A stretch of DNA of 64,000 nucleotides from positions 372,001 to 436,000 of the forward strand of contig AP026152.1 in assembly GCA_030295235.1 (NCBI GenBank), given 5' to 3'. Made by a program: the position numbers and the translations under genes. The notes below the pieces were generated by a model. That model was not told the origin of the DNA. It saw nothing but the letters and a program-made list of their open reading frames with translations, and ran no database searches. The DNA is from Fistulifera solaris. Taxonomy: Eukaryota. Below are positions 38,307 to 51,600 of this stretch, one piece after another. The first letter of the stretch is position 1, and the number at the start of each line of letters is the position of its first letter.

Positions 38307-41300
38307 ATGAATCATCATTCGCCACAGGAGGAAGACGAAGCATCATTCAACACGCAAAGTGAAACCAATCATCCCGAATTTCCCGAAAGTCCGGACGATG
38401 CTCGGCATTTGACCACGGTCATGGAAGATGAAGATGAGGAGCCTCTCGACGACGAAAATGATGTTGTAGCGATGCCCCTCTTTCAATACACGCGTGTCAA
38501 GGGAGCGACGAAACGAAGATACTGTTCCGCCATGGGAAAAATCATTCTTTCGTCCGAAACCATGTCTAATAGTAATAATGAAGAAACTACAGATCCAGCG
38601 GTTCCTTCACCGGATTTGTGGCAACAACATCCGGTCCATGTCCTGGCCCACGGTTGGGAGCAGGGATCTCTGGTGGTAGTTGATGCGATTTCGGGGATCC
38701 CCATTGCGGATCCGTTGTCGGTGAGAGAAGGAAGAAATCCGCACGCCGTGATTGCCGTCAGTTGGGATGCGTCCGGTACCTATTTGGCCGCAGTGGATGA
38801 CGGTGGGATGTGTGCGATCTTTGAAATCAAATATTCGATCCAAATGCGCGATGTGACGACTCCGACTTCTACGCCGACGGCGGGTGGTGGAAACTTGTTG
38901 ACCCATTTCATGTCGGCACTGACACGGCGTCCACCGAGCACCCTAGACGACAATGAATCGCGTCAACGGGTACCAGCGTTGACCGCTACTTCCATTCAAG
39001 TGCATCGAATTCCGTATCCGAGTTCGTTCGGGAAACCCACTTGCGTGGCGATTGATCCAGCGTATCGGAAACGACGAGAAAAGTCCGTCATTGTGGGTTT
39101 TGCGGATGGTCGGTTGGTCTTGACACGAAAAGGGTTTGTGTTTCAACGCCGCACCGATGCGGTGATTTATCAAGCCGTCCAAGACAAGGATTTTGCGGGC
39201 ATTGAAGCCATCGCGTGGCGCGGACCACTCGTAGCGTGGGCGGATTCGAGTGGTGTGCGTCTGTTGGACGTGGATGTGTTGCAGCGGATTGCTCATGTCG
39301 ATCGTCCGTCGGGGGCTCGTTCCTCCTTGTATCCATCGGTGTCTCGGGTGCATCCGTCGTTGTGCTTTGAAACCGAAAACGATCTGCTGGTGGCTTGGGG
39401 CGATTGTTTGTTGAGTTTGAATATTCGCAACACCGATGGGAGGTCGTCCGCATCTGTCGGCGAGGGCTCTGTCGTGGCTCAACGTCGTCGTGTGGAATGT
39501 AAAAATGGCGTGGGAGCTAGATTGCATTGCTTGTGGAGTAGTCCCTGTAGACTCGAAGCACGTAGCAGTGCTGGGTCTTGTACCGGCATCCGACGATGCG
39601 GAAGACGTGACTGAAACTGAAAATTGCAACGAAATCGAACTCCAGGTGATCTCCCGAATGCACGGAGCCGTCGTTTTCGCGGATATGATACCACTGGTCC
39701 GTGACGAGAAGAAATCCCACCGCCAGTTAGAATCCTCGATGGACTTTCAGCTTCTCTCTTCATTCGCGGTGCCAAGAATGGACAATTATTCTGAAGTGCA
39801 GGAAATGGACAACTTCGGGGGCTCGGGGGCAAATGCTCTTGACCCGCTTCAAGGAAGTATGTTTGGGAATGGCAGTAATGGTGGGGCACGCTTCCGGGAC
39901 GCGCACATATTATGGGGACTTGAACATATTGTGGTAGAGGACGAAAAGATATTATTTGACAAGGATAATATTGAAGAAACGAACGGTATTGCGAATGACG
40001 AATCAAGTGTTGATAGTGACGAGTACGGCTTTGCAATTGACAATTGCTCTCTTGAATCATTCAGTAATTTCGATCAATCCATTCCTCCCATTATTGCTCT
40101 GGTTTCGTCTCATGACATTGTTCTTGCACGAACAAGAGATGCCGACGATGCTGTTTCGTACGCCTTGGAGAAAGGAAAGTACGCTTTGGCTCTTCATCGA
40201 GCTTTGCAGCATGTCCGACGGCTGAGACGATACAATATTGACGAATTGATTAATCATTACTTCCGAGCATTGTTGCGGATCAATGATACAGATGGTGTGA
40301 GCAGACTCGAGAATAGATCTTTGTCGATCCGTAGGCTGAAAATTGCGTCCCAAGTCATGCCAACCTTATTCGGTGGCAAATTGGATATGTGGGACCACTG
40401 GTTAAAAGAGTTAGAGCGGATACCAGGTGGATTGTTTATAGTGAGAAATGCCATACCTGTGCGAGGTATGATCTGCAAGAGCTACGAAGTCCGTTCTTGC
40501 TTTTTGACGAACCTCACACCTCGTTACTTGCAGACCCTCAGCTTACACGAGAAGTGTACAACCGTATGATAATAAGCATGCTGCATCAAGTTTACTTTAT
40601 GAAAACGTCGGTAAAAGCTGGGAAAGCTTCAAAGCGGCTGGAAACCGAAGCGGAGAATCAATTTCTACTAACGCTTCTGTCGTGGGGGTCGATTAATGTG
40701 TTGAATGAGTTTGTCCTTCTGTCTGATACACAGGCACCAGCTATCTTTCGAGACATAAATCAAGAACTTTTTACTAGCCAAAAGCGTCGACGGGAACAAA
40801 CGGCTGCGAACTACCTAAACTTTATGGGCTCCGCTGGAGTGGCTACGGAAAATTTTTCTGGGCTGATGAATAGCTCCTCTGAATATAATGACCCGCTGTA
40901 CGATCTTGAGCATGTCGCTACAATTATTGGGGAACGCGTTTCATTGAAAAGCGCAGGCCAGAAAGATACTGACACACAAAACACGAAATTTGCTTTGGAT
41001 GCGATTGCGCTCTTGAGTTTGATGAGAGGGGATTTTAAGGGGATGCTGGCTTATTACATGGCACTTGGTATATTTCATAACGTAACGACACTAGAGTCCC
41101 TCGAAGACAAGGCTCTAAAATCTATCACACAAACGCAAGGCCGCAAGACAACTCCTGAGGATCATCACGGACGATACTCATTTGTTATCTTTCTTATCGA
41201 AAAGCATCATCTTCATCAATTTATTTTGGATGGCACTTTTCTTCCTTCCGAGCTAGAGAAATCCCCGATCGAGGCTCTTGTCATGCTTGTTGGCCTTGAT

Positions 41301-42458
41301 TTACTTGGGGATTTCCTATGCAAGCATTGCGCCGCCCCGCAAAGGAATGAAAGTGCACTGGCCGGAAAGACAAAAAGAAAAGTAGGGCCCAATCAGGAGC
41401 AGCGCATCGGCACACTTCCGATTGATGCCGTGGCGAGGCAGCTTGAACGTAGACCCAAGCTTCTTCATTGGTATTTACACATGCTTTCCAAGAAAAGACC
41501 CGAGCTCTATGTAAATTTTCCAACCACTTCGGTACCTCCGCCTGTTATCACTGACCTTCACAGACAGCAAATTGACTTATACATTCAGTACGCCGGCACA
41601 AACCGCGACTCGTCAAAAGTTTTTGATGGAGTCGAACTCTATAAGACCGTAGGGGTAGCGACACCCTTCTTATCATTTCTAAAGGTGAGTAAGATAGTAT
41701 GACTTCGCTTTAATCCCACGTTTCAATATCTCATCACGCTACACAAGGCTGTCTTACCGCTGGGCGGAATAAATCCGGTGGAGGTCGGGAAGCTGCTTGA
41801 CGATGAACGTAAAAGAAACTCTGAGAAGCCTGGTGTCTTTGCACTTGAACTTGCCTACATTATGGAAAATTTCGGAAACGGCTCGTCGGAAGATGTTGCT
41901 ATGGTGCTCGAGTTATACTTAAAAGGGGCCCGCTCTCTTGTTCTGGCTGTATCATATGCTCAGCGCGCTGGTAAACATTCACTAGAATTGTGGCACACAT
42001 TAATCGAGTACTGCCTATCACCAGACGCGGGTCCAGCGAAAGAAAACAGCAGCCTGTTCGGATCACTCTTAGAGGCGGCAGCTTTGTCAGGAGCCGACGT
42101 AGCTCTTCTCGTAAATCAGATTCCACATGGTATGGCTGTGGAAGGACTGCGTCCACGTTTGGTTGCCGCTGTTGCCGATTACCGTCTACAGCTGCAGCTA
42201 CACGAGAGTGCATGTAAAGTTTCCTCTTCGGATAGAGCTGTGTTATTAAGCGAATACAGCCATCGTTCGAGAAGGGGCATTAGATGCAATGCAACAGCGA
42301 CTGTCATGGCTGAGCCCTTAATTTGTGGGGAGAATTCCGCAAGCCAACAAGATGCCCTGATTGGTGACGATTCTCCTAGAATAGCATTGCCTCTACCTCG
42401 TCGACCTGAGGTCAGATCTAGCTATCAGAGCTTGTGCTATGCCTTGCCTTTGAGGTAG
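38307..42458 (+). CDS. VPS41: Vps41-like HOPS subunit; introns 40466-40533 and 41685-41747; frameshift near 39503
   Basis: PLFQYTRV, CVAIDPAY, IAWRGPLVAWADSSGVR, LLVAWGD, clathrin-repeat-like LHWYLH and LWHTLIEY. Confidence 0.85.
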
Positions 42459-42534
42459 CGCCCCCAAATTGTCGATGAACTACAGACTGCAGTAACGTAT
42501 CGAAAATTTGTTTGATAATGAAAGCATTTTATGT

Positions 42535-45534
42535 TTAATCCGCTTCAATAGAAGAGTCATCTGAACCCGAATCACTGCTCTCTCCTATAGTAACAACATC
42601 ATTGTCTGACTCTTCATCATCTTGGTCTGCCAAAAGCGTTCCCGTGATCACCGTTTTCCCGCCAACTTGTATTCTGCCATCCGTGTATTTGGGTGGGGTG
42701 ACAAGACGGTTGGACGATTCCCATACCGAATATTCATCTTTTTTGCCGTCGTCAACGCTTCCCATTGAGAAAAGAACAAAATCCAGGAGATAGGAATTTG
42801 CAAATAATCTATCGATGCGATCGAAGTGCCTCTCGGCGTATGGTTGGATTCCGGCGAGGATCTCAGGAATACCATCCATGGCAGCAAGGCGGTCAGCGCG
42901 GACACTTGTGACAATAGCTCTGAGGGTCGTAAGGGCAACAAGCGAGTTTCTGGCCAACGTATTCCACTCCCGACAATATCCGATTACCCGCTCTAAATGC
43001 TCAGAATTCCATTCTGCAATTATCGCCTTCAACAAACCTACACCACTGTTTCCTTTCGACAAATCTTGTTCAATCATTTTTGTTAATATTCGCAAGGCAT
43101 GATGGGGCTTGTCGCGGTCGAGTGAGATATAAAGGGCCTCTTTGTATTCGTTTTGACGCATATGATTAGCAAGCTTTTGATCGAGTAGAATAGCTTCTTT
43201 GTCCTCCGCCATTTTGGCTTTCATGACATCCTTTGTTGTATCGTCCCATATAACCAAGTTAGAATCTGCTCCACCTGACACGAGCGTTTTTCCATCGGAC
43301 AGTAAATCCAGAGCCCAGACTTTATCATTATGGCGACTCAAAGTAGCTTCGCATTCATTTGTTCGTATCGTCCAAAGCTTTAAAAGACCATCTGCCCCTG
43401 ATGACACAAGTTGCAACCCACCACTTAAAAAGCGCACCCTCAACACACTGGCAACATGTCCTTGAAAGGTTCTGACGCAGCTGAAATCACCTAGCGACCA
43501 GAGTTTGATGGTTTTATCTCCACTTGCTGTAGCAATCACCCTATCATAAGGAGAAAATTGACACTCCCAGACGCCTCGGCGATGCCCCTTCAGTGTAGCA
43601 ACTAAGGACAAGTCCGTGCTACGCCATATCTTGGCAGTCTTGTCTTGAGAGCCGGTGGCAATATAAGAGTCGTTCGGTGCTACCGAGACTGTATTGATAT
43701 CCTTGTCATGCGCGCGTGTACTCAGAAATGCGTGTAAAGACGCTTCATCCTCATTGAAGGCAAATTCATTCAAGTCAGATGAACCAGGAAGATTCCATCT
43801 CTTTAATGTCTTATCTGCACTCACTGACACAATGAAAGCTCCTCCGCCATTGTCAGCCGCCTTTCCACGCACCTGATACCGTCCAAGCTTTTGCGAAAAT
43901 GCCACCGCACCAACTGCTTCGGTATGACCGGTTGCAATAGCGACCGACTTTTGCCGTTCGGTGTGCCAAATTCGCACCTGCTTGTCCTTTCCGCAAGTAG
44001 CCAAGTATTGACCACATGGGCTCGCATCCACACACAAGACAACAGCGGTATGCCGATCCAAAACATCACAAGAAAATGTATTCAGATCGAAAATTCGGGC
44101 CTGAGCACTGTTGGTAGCGACAATAATCCGAGTCGGTGCATCGCCCGAAGTGGACGGTATCACTTTTAGATCCAATATCTCATCGTTGTGGCCAACAATT
44201 GTGCGTTGCGTTTCGAGTGGGTAATCTTCTTTGTGCATGGAAAGAAACGAGAGGTTGTGCTCTGCATCTGTGACAAGCAGCTGCTGCATCGTGATGAATT
44301 GATGCGATGACTTGTCCGACAACACACCGTAGGCATCATACAACAAATTCGTGTAGCCGCCCCTTTTCTCACCAAACATACTATTTTCATGTTGCTCCGA
44401 CAGCAGTGCCAAGCGTGGCTCGGAACTGGACAGATCCGCTTTCCACAAGCGCACTCGTCCTTTCCACCAGCCGTTGCTAGAAGAAGATCTTGTCCATCAG
44501 GATGACTATCCGGGAAAATGACCATCCCTTCCACTTGCTCGTACACAGGGAGCGTATGCACACGTTCGTAAGCGAATGATGCTCCTGCGTCGGCTTGTTT
44601 CTTCTTCTTTTTGACGTGACTTCCTTGACTCGCCACAAATTAATTACAGCATCACGACCCGTCGAGACAAAGATATTCCCACCCTGCACCCAATTCATAC
44701 AATTTACGGCCGCCACATGATCTCTCAGCACGACAACTTCCTCCGCATTTCGCAAATTATGAATGGAGATACTCCCATCATCACGAGCAATCGCAATTTG
44801 TAACGTGGACACATCGTCCTTCCATTGAATGGCCGAAACGGACAAGGTACCACTTCCCCCACCTTCGTATCCGGCCGCCAACGGCCGAAAACTGTGCGTC
44901 ACAAACGGTGTCCCACCACGGACATCCCAGATACGGACACTCCCGTCGACGGACGCGGTCGCCAGAAAAATGTGGGATCGATGAAATTCCATGGCCGTCA
45001 CGGGCAGCGTGTGTCCCGATTTACCCCACGTTTTTTGCAACTGAATGAGACGAGATGATCCATTCTGGAGTGAATACTGTCGTAGGATGGAATTCTGGGA
45101 ACAAGTGACAATCAATTTGTCGCCCAGGGCAAAGGCGGTCACGGCATCGGCGTCAATGCCTTCGTCCTCATCATCATCGTCGTTGAAATCATTCGACGCA
45201 TCTCCCCGCACCGAATCCAACCGGATTCCTCGTGTTGCATCCACCAAGACCAAATCTCCATTCACGGGAAGTAACAAAAGGGCACCGGATGGTCTTCCAG
45301 AGACAATAAACGACCGAGCGCGATTTTCCCTCCCGTATAAATCGGAGTGTGCGCCGTGCGTACCGACCACGACTTGGACAAGGTTGGAGCGGATGGCTGC
45401 GGAGCCGACTCGTTTTTCATAGCCTCGTCTTCGTCCGAAGAGGAGGTATCTTCGTTCATAGAATCGTTCCTTTCTTCTTCATCGGACGACGAGGAAGTTG
45501 ATGAAGTTGATGATTCTGAATCCGAAGAAGCCAT
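42535..45534 (-). CDS. UTP13: U3 snoRNP WD40 protein Utp13/TBL3; about three frameshifts
   Basis: PIYTGGK, IVGHNDEILD, AHDKDINTVSVAPND, LKGHRRGVW and Utp13 C-terminal REWNT...PYAERHFDRI. Confidence 0.93.
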
Positions 45535-45895
45535 GTTGAAATAAATATTGCTACACAAACAAACAAGTCGAAAAGTTGAGTTTCTTTTTCTTGTCGATGA
45601 TTGCTTCAATAATCTTCTTTGATAATAATGGCGAAATTAGATTTTTTCTTTTCGACGGAAATAAAAGCTTGGTGGTGAATGAGTCATGGATCGTTTGTTC
45701 GTGACTCAAAGAAGGATTCCAAATTCCGTCTTTCTTTCCTGTGTCAGCGCGGATGACGGCCGCACGCACCACGGCAAAAACATCCAACGCAAAAAACATG
45801 TCGATGATGATGATCGCATTTCCGCTGATTGATAATTCATTGACACAGCGCATATTCAACAACACTTTCACAACAAGAAGACAGTTCATTTCAAC

Positions 45896-46460
45896 ATGCG
45901 TAACCTTCTCTTCATTTCTGCCTTATTAATATCAACGAATGCCTTTTCGTTACAAAGCAGTGTCGATCGAAGGGCGTTCGTCAGCACAGCGGCACTACTG
46001 ATCGCCACACCGCCGGCGGTGGCGATCGATGATCTCGCCATGCCGACGGATGAAGAGGCTCGTCTTTCGGAAGAGGTAGGTTGGATAGTTTTATCTTAAA
46101 AACCCCGGTAACTCGACTCTTTTTTGCAGGAGACATTCCAGTTCCATCTGGTTTCGGTCATCTGCCCTCCTTTTTGGACCCGGGGTATAGAACAATGCCG
46201 TCTAGCTGAGACCTTTTTCTGTGTATAAAAGCGTTCTCTATCCCAATGCGGTGACATATTCGACTCACACTCTTCCGTTGCAATAGGAAAAAATGAAAGA
46301 ACGATTGCGACTCAAAGCGGAATTGCAGAAAAAGGCCGCGCAACCCAAAACCTTCAGCGAAAGCTTGAAAGGAGAAAAGTCGAAACAACAAGAATTGCAG
46401 GGCATGTCGAAAGAAGAACGTCGTAATCGTTTATGTGAAGAACTGGGGCGGGGATGCTAA
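45896..46460 (+). CDS. Small plastid (probably thylakoid-lumen, Tat-type) protein; intron 46076-46286
   Basis: Signal + NAF, then RR, a hydrophobic stretch and AVA. Exon 2 (in frame) EKMKERLRLK...RRNRLCEELGRGC*. Confidence 0.75.
46102..46259 (+). ncRNA. Candidate intronic box H/ACA snoRNA
   Basis: Hairpin closed by ACCCCGG/CCGGGGT, ANANNA box at 46187-46194, second hairpin, ACA at 46254-46256 just upstream of the branch point. Confidence 0.5.
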
Positions 46461-46603
46461 TAATCGCAGGGCGTCCACCGCAGAGCTAGAAAGAGGAGTG
46501 AATCTTGATGATTGAAATCATTGTAAACTCTCTTAAAATGTCATCGCGACGCTAACTTAATTAACTACCGGAACTTTTGTCGTTTACTGCTGCTAATTCG
46601 CTT

Positions 46604-47067
46604 TTACATTATATCATCTTCATCGACACCACCCGAAATGACGGCCGCCAGATCTTGACTTCGCATGAAACTGTACTTTCTTCCATCCGTCGTTTCTTCA
46701 TCTTTCGGTCCGATTCCCCAAGGATTCTTCGCTACAACAATATCTCCGATTTTCACATCCGGCATGGGTGCCACCAATCCATTTTCTTCTTCTCGTCCCG
46801 GGCCCATGGCGATGACACGACACAAATGCAAGCGCGGCAAATCTTCATTAGGCAAAAGAGTCCCGAATCTAGTTTCGGTCTCCCTTGAATGCGTTCGACG
46901 AGAAACATATCGTAATGACATTCCCATTGATCGACATTGTCGTTGACAATCAAGCGGCCGACCCCGGCACCTCCTTTCATTTCCGTTTTGAACCGCGAGG
47001 ACGCTAACGCCCCGGCTGTGTCAACGGCGAGTAGTAGTGCCAATGATAGAAGTGAAGCTCGGAGCAT
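46604..47067 (-). CDS. Plastid GroES/Cpn10-like protein; frameshift near 46855
   Basis: Signal peptide; after a 1-nt correction reads DMFLVERI...DSGLFLP...RVIAMGPG...DVKIGDIV...MRSQDLAAVI. Confidence 0.8.
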
Positions 47068-47408
47068 GATGAAGGAGTGTATTGTTGTATAATGAATGGT
47101 GTTAATGTATGTTCCGTTTCACAGCATCACATCGGAAAACGCGTTGAAAACATCACATCGAATATGTTGTGACGTTGGTCGAGAATATTCCACGTGTAGG
47201 CACAGGGGAAGGCGGGGAGAAGACGAACAGACGAGCAGGGAAAATGAGCTATCGACTAAAGTGTATCAGGATCAAAATTGCACGACTGTAAATGCAGTCA
47301 CGAATCAAATCAGCGCTAGGTAGATGTCAATCAATCTATCAATCTATCTAGAGTCCACTTAATCGAATCACCTCTACACAAGAACAATAACTCCATCAAG
47401 CTCAGTAG

Positions 47409-48098
47409 CTATTCCGATATCGCCATACTTGGAATGGTATTCCCGTGCTCCGCAGCTGCTTGGACACGAAACAAATAATATTCCTCCACGTATCCATCAC
47501 CGGCCACGGGATGAAGATCCAGTCCTTTTAGTTGTGAGCATTTCACCAGCGTATCCTTGTCAAAGGGGACAAAATCAATGGGTAAGCTGATGTGGGCGGG
47601 TAATTGTGTATTCAACGCGACTCGCTCGAAATACGAAGATGCTTGAATGGCACGAGCTTCTCGTTCGATGTCTTCCAAGTTGATCTTCAACGCATCAAAT
47701 TGCCGTTCCACGGCAATCAACATCTTTCGTTGTGTGGACAATTCCGATCGCTTGGTGCTAATTTTTCGCTTGAGTTCCATCAGATACTCGCGACTGTATT
47801 TTTCAATGATTTTGGTCATATCCACCGAAATGCCGTAAAAGGCAAATTCTTCCCGAAGGGCCGCGCGACTCACCGATGACGGTACGAGAAGCTTGTGGGT
47901 GCGCAAATAGTCCAGGACGTACTGAAACAACAGGCCGTTGCGATCGATAAAGAGGGGCTCGGCGTTTTCTTCATGGTTCGCAATCCATTGCGCCAACCGG
48001 GAATTCTTACAGCGTTCGAGTGTCGCGCGTGAGACTTTGTAGAGCGTACCACCGACATCCAACGCCACCGGGCATTGGGTGTCCTTGATTGTTGTCAT
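47409..48098 (-). CDS. BTB/POZ (KCTD-like) protein with coiled coil
   Basis: LDVGGTLYKVSRATL, FIDRNGLLFQYVLDYLR, EFAFYGI. Confidence 0.92.
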   Translation of the reverse strand: MTTIKDTQCPVALDVGGTLYKVSRATLERCKNSRLAQWIANHEENAEPLFIDRNGLLFQYVLDYLRTHKLLVPSSVSRAALREEFAFYGISVDMTKIIEKYSREYLMELKRKISTKRSELSTQRKMLIAVERQFDALKINLEDIEREARAIQASSYFERVALNTQLPAHISLPIDFVPFDKDTLVKCSQLKGLDLHPVAGDGYVEEYYLFRVQAAAEHGNTIPSMAISE

Positions 48099-48697
48099 GG
48101 GTTAACGAAGTCGAACAAGGCGTGGATTCGATGGTTCTCTCGACATGATAACTTTTTTTCCGAAGGACGGCTCGTTTTGTGAAGGGGCTAGTATTCGAAA
48201 GTTGGTATCCGGGATCGATCCTGGAGTGGACTCTGTTTTGCTGTTGCCGTAGGAACAAAAATCACTGGATCGGCATTCTACGTTTTCATCACGATAGTGA
48301 TGCCGATCGGGGACCACGAAACAAGACCCGATCATTGGGAGGGCAGGACTTTGACTTTGTGGTGCAAAAACGGAATCGGACGAAAATGAAATGCCCGTAG
48401 GTTCCAAGGACCATTAAACATGCCGATGCGGTATCGCGTGGGGCCGTTCATCCGGGAACGATGAATAATGTGCCGTGTCCGTTGAAATAATTGTATCACG
48501 AACGAACATGACTGAGAGCTGAAGGGCGGTGTCGTCTGGCCGTCACAACGGCAGGATGCAAGCCGCACGCGGCACGAAAAAAATCCACCGCGTTTATTTT
48601 TTTGTTGCCATGAAAGTATAATAGTCTAGAGTGATTGTGATCCTTTTTCGTTTTTAGAATTACGAGCCTAAATCTAACAATTCAACAATCATCAACA

Positions 48698-51600
48698 ATG
48701 AGCGACAACGACGAAGAATTGTACGACGAATTTGGGAATTACATTGGCCCGGATCTCGATTCGTCGTCCGACGAAGAAGACGACAGTGTTCCTCCGGCGG
48801 CACCCGACGATGCTTCTGATGTCTCCCACGATTCCATGAAAGACATGGTGGCACGAGAAGAAGCCTACGCGGAACCAATGAAGGCGATTGTGTTACACGA
48901 AGACAAGGAACATTACGCGTCGGCCGAGCAAGTCTACGGAGAAGAAGTTCGCACGGCGGTTTTAGATGAAGATGCCATGGACATTGAAACACCCATCATG
49001 GAGGCGGAAACGAAAAAAGTATTGCACGTTCAAGGCATTCCTTACGAATGGAATTATTCGGACGACTATCTGGGAGCTCATTTTCTCAATGAAACGACCC
49101 GCAATCGCCGCGCGATTGCCATTGTCGGACATTTGCATCACGGCAAAACATCGTTGATGGATCTGATTCTCGAACCCACGTTGCAGTCAGGAAGGTGGGG
49201 ACCAAGAGCATCACTGGATGGCAAAGGTCCACGGTATACCGATACTTTACAAACCGAACACGATCGACAAATGAGTTTGGTCAGTACACCGCTCACCACA
49301 CTCTTGACCGATACGCGCGGGAAATCGTTCTGTGTCACCGTCCTGGATACTCCGGGGCATCCCCATTTTCATGATGAAGCCGTGGCGGCCCTGCGGGCCG
49401 TCGATGCCGCCTGTGTCGTCGTCGACGTCGTCGAAGGGATCATGATGCATACCGAAATGGTTGTGCGACAAGCGATTGCGGAAGGCCTACCGCTCCTGCT
49501 GGTATTGACCAAAATGGATCGTCTCATTGTGGAATTGAAATTGACACCGCGGGATTCTTACTTTAAATTGCAACACATTATTGATGAATTCAATGAACTG
49601 GTCGGTAGGGCGTCGCGTGGACGGTATCCGAAAGTCTCTCCGGAACGCGGAAATGTTGCATTCGCGTCTTCCGTACACGGTTGGATGTTTACCTTACACA
49701 GTTTTGCGCAAGTATATTTGGAGCATCAAGCGAATGATGATGGATTGGGACAAAACTTGTCCATTGATGACTTTGCGCTTCGTTTGTGGGGGGATGCCTA
49801 TTTGGACCCGGAAACGGGTCGTTTCCAGCGTTCTCCGCGCGATTGTTCGACCAATAAGGTGGAAAGGACGTTTGTCACTTTTGTGCTGGAACCGATTTAC
49901 AAAATATACAGTGCTTGTTTGGGAGAACGCGAAGCTGATGTCAATGCGCTGCTGCGTTCGTTGGGAGTTTTGTTGAAGAAAGATCAGCTGCGAGCCAGTG
50001 CACGTCCTCTTCTTCGTGCCGCCTTGTCGCAATTCTTACAAACGGCGCAACACGGATTTGTCGATATGGTCGTGCAGCAGTGTCCACACCCTGCGGCTTC
50101 CGCGGCAGGTAAAATTGCGCGGAATTATACGGGTCCAGTAGTTCAGGAAGATGATAACAACCAGGACGTCAGGGATGACAAATACCTTAAACTCTACCAC
50201 GCCATGAAAGACTGTGATCCAAAAGGACCTTTAGTTATGCACGCTGTGAAAAGTTATGCGTCTGCTGATGGGCAATCCTTTTGGACCTTGGCGCGAATTT
50301 ATTCCGGCACGGTTCGACCAGCCACATCGGTGCAAATCTTGGGCGAATCCTATTCACCCGAAGATGACGACGAAGATACAGCGAAATGTGTCATTCAGGG
50401 CGTCGCCATCCCTCGTGGTCGATTTCACACTCACGTGAGCGTAGCAACGGCCGGCAATTGGGTGCTCTTGGAAGGGGTCGACGCGCATATCGCCAAGACC
50501 GCCACCATCGTAGAAGAATCATATGCGGATGTGGCACACATCTTCAAACCTCTTTCCTTTCCACAAGTTGGCGGTGAAGCTGTAATGAAACTTTCCATTG
50601 AGCCATTGAATCCTGCAGAACTGCCGAAGATGATTGAAGGTCTTCGACGAGTTTCGAAAGCATATCCCATGGCTAGGACTAGAGTCGAAGAAAGTGGCGA
50701 ACACGTCGTACTGGGAAATGGAGAATTATACATGGATTGCATGATGCATGATTTGAGGCATGTGTACTCGGACATTGAAGTGAAAATTGCGGACCCCATG
50801 GTGGCATTCCGAGAAACTGTGGTCGAAAGTAGTGCACTCAAATGTTCGGCTGAAACGTCAAACAAAAAGAATCGTCTCTCGCTAATCGCCGAACCTTTGG
50901 ATGAAGGTCTTGCCGAAGAGTTGGAAGCCGGGAAAGTGAAGGTTGCTTGGGAGCCAAAGAAGTTTGCTAAATTCTTTCAGACTCAATACAATTGGGACTT
51001 GCTCTCCTCTCGTTCAGTCTGGGCATTTGGCGATTCTCCAACGCACGGAACCAATATCCTGTTGGATGACACACTTCCTAGTGAAGTGGACAAGGTTCTG
51101 TTAAACTCTTGTAAATCAAGTATCGTGCAAGGTTTTCAATGGGCCACCAGAGAAGGTCCTCTGTGCGAGGAACCAGTGCGTGGAACCAAAGTCAAGATAC
51201 TGGATGCCTTGTTGGCCGACAAGCCCATTTTTCGTGGAGGTGGTCAGATGATCCCGACAGCCCGGCGTACCGTGCATGCAGCTCTACTGACTGCTAGTCC
51301 AAGGCTTCTGGAGCCAGTACTACGTCTCGATATTCAATGCCCCGGGGCCATTGTCAGCGATTTACAATCCGTGCTCAGCCGGAGACGTGGTCATATTGTG
51401 CAAGACCGTCCCATATCCGGAACCACATTTTATAGTGTGAAAGGTTTCCTTCCGATGTTGGACAGTTTTGGGTTTGAAACAGATCTTCGAACATTTACTC
51501 AAGGCCAAGCGATGGTATTTTCTGCGTTCGACCACTGGTCGGTCGTCCCGGGTGACCCGTTGGACAAGAGCATTATACTCCATCCTCTAGAACCAAGTCC

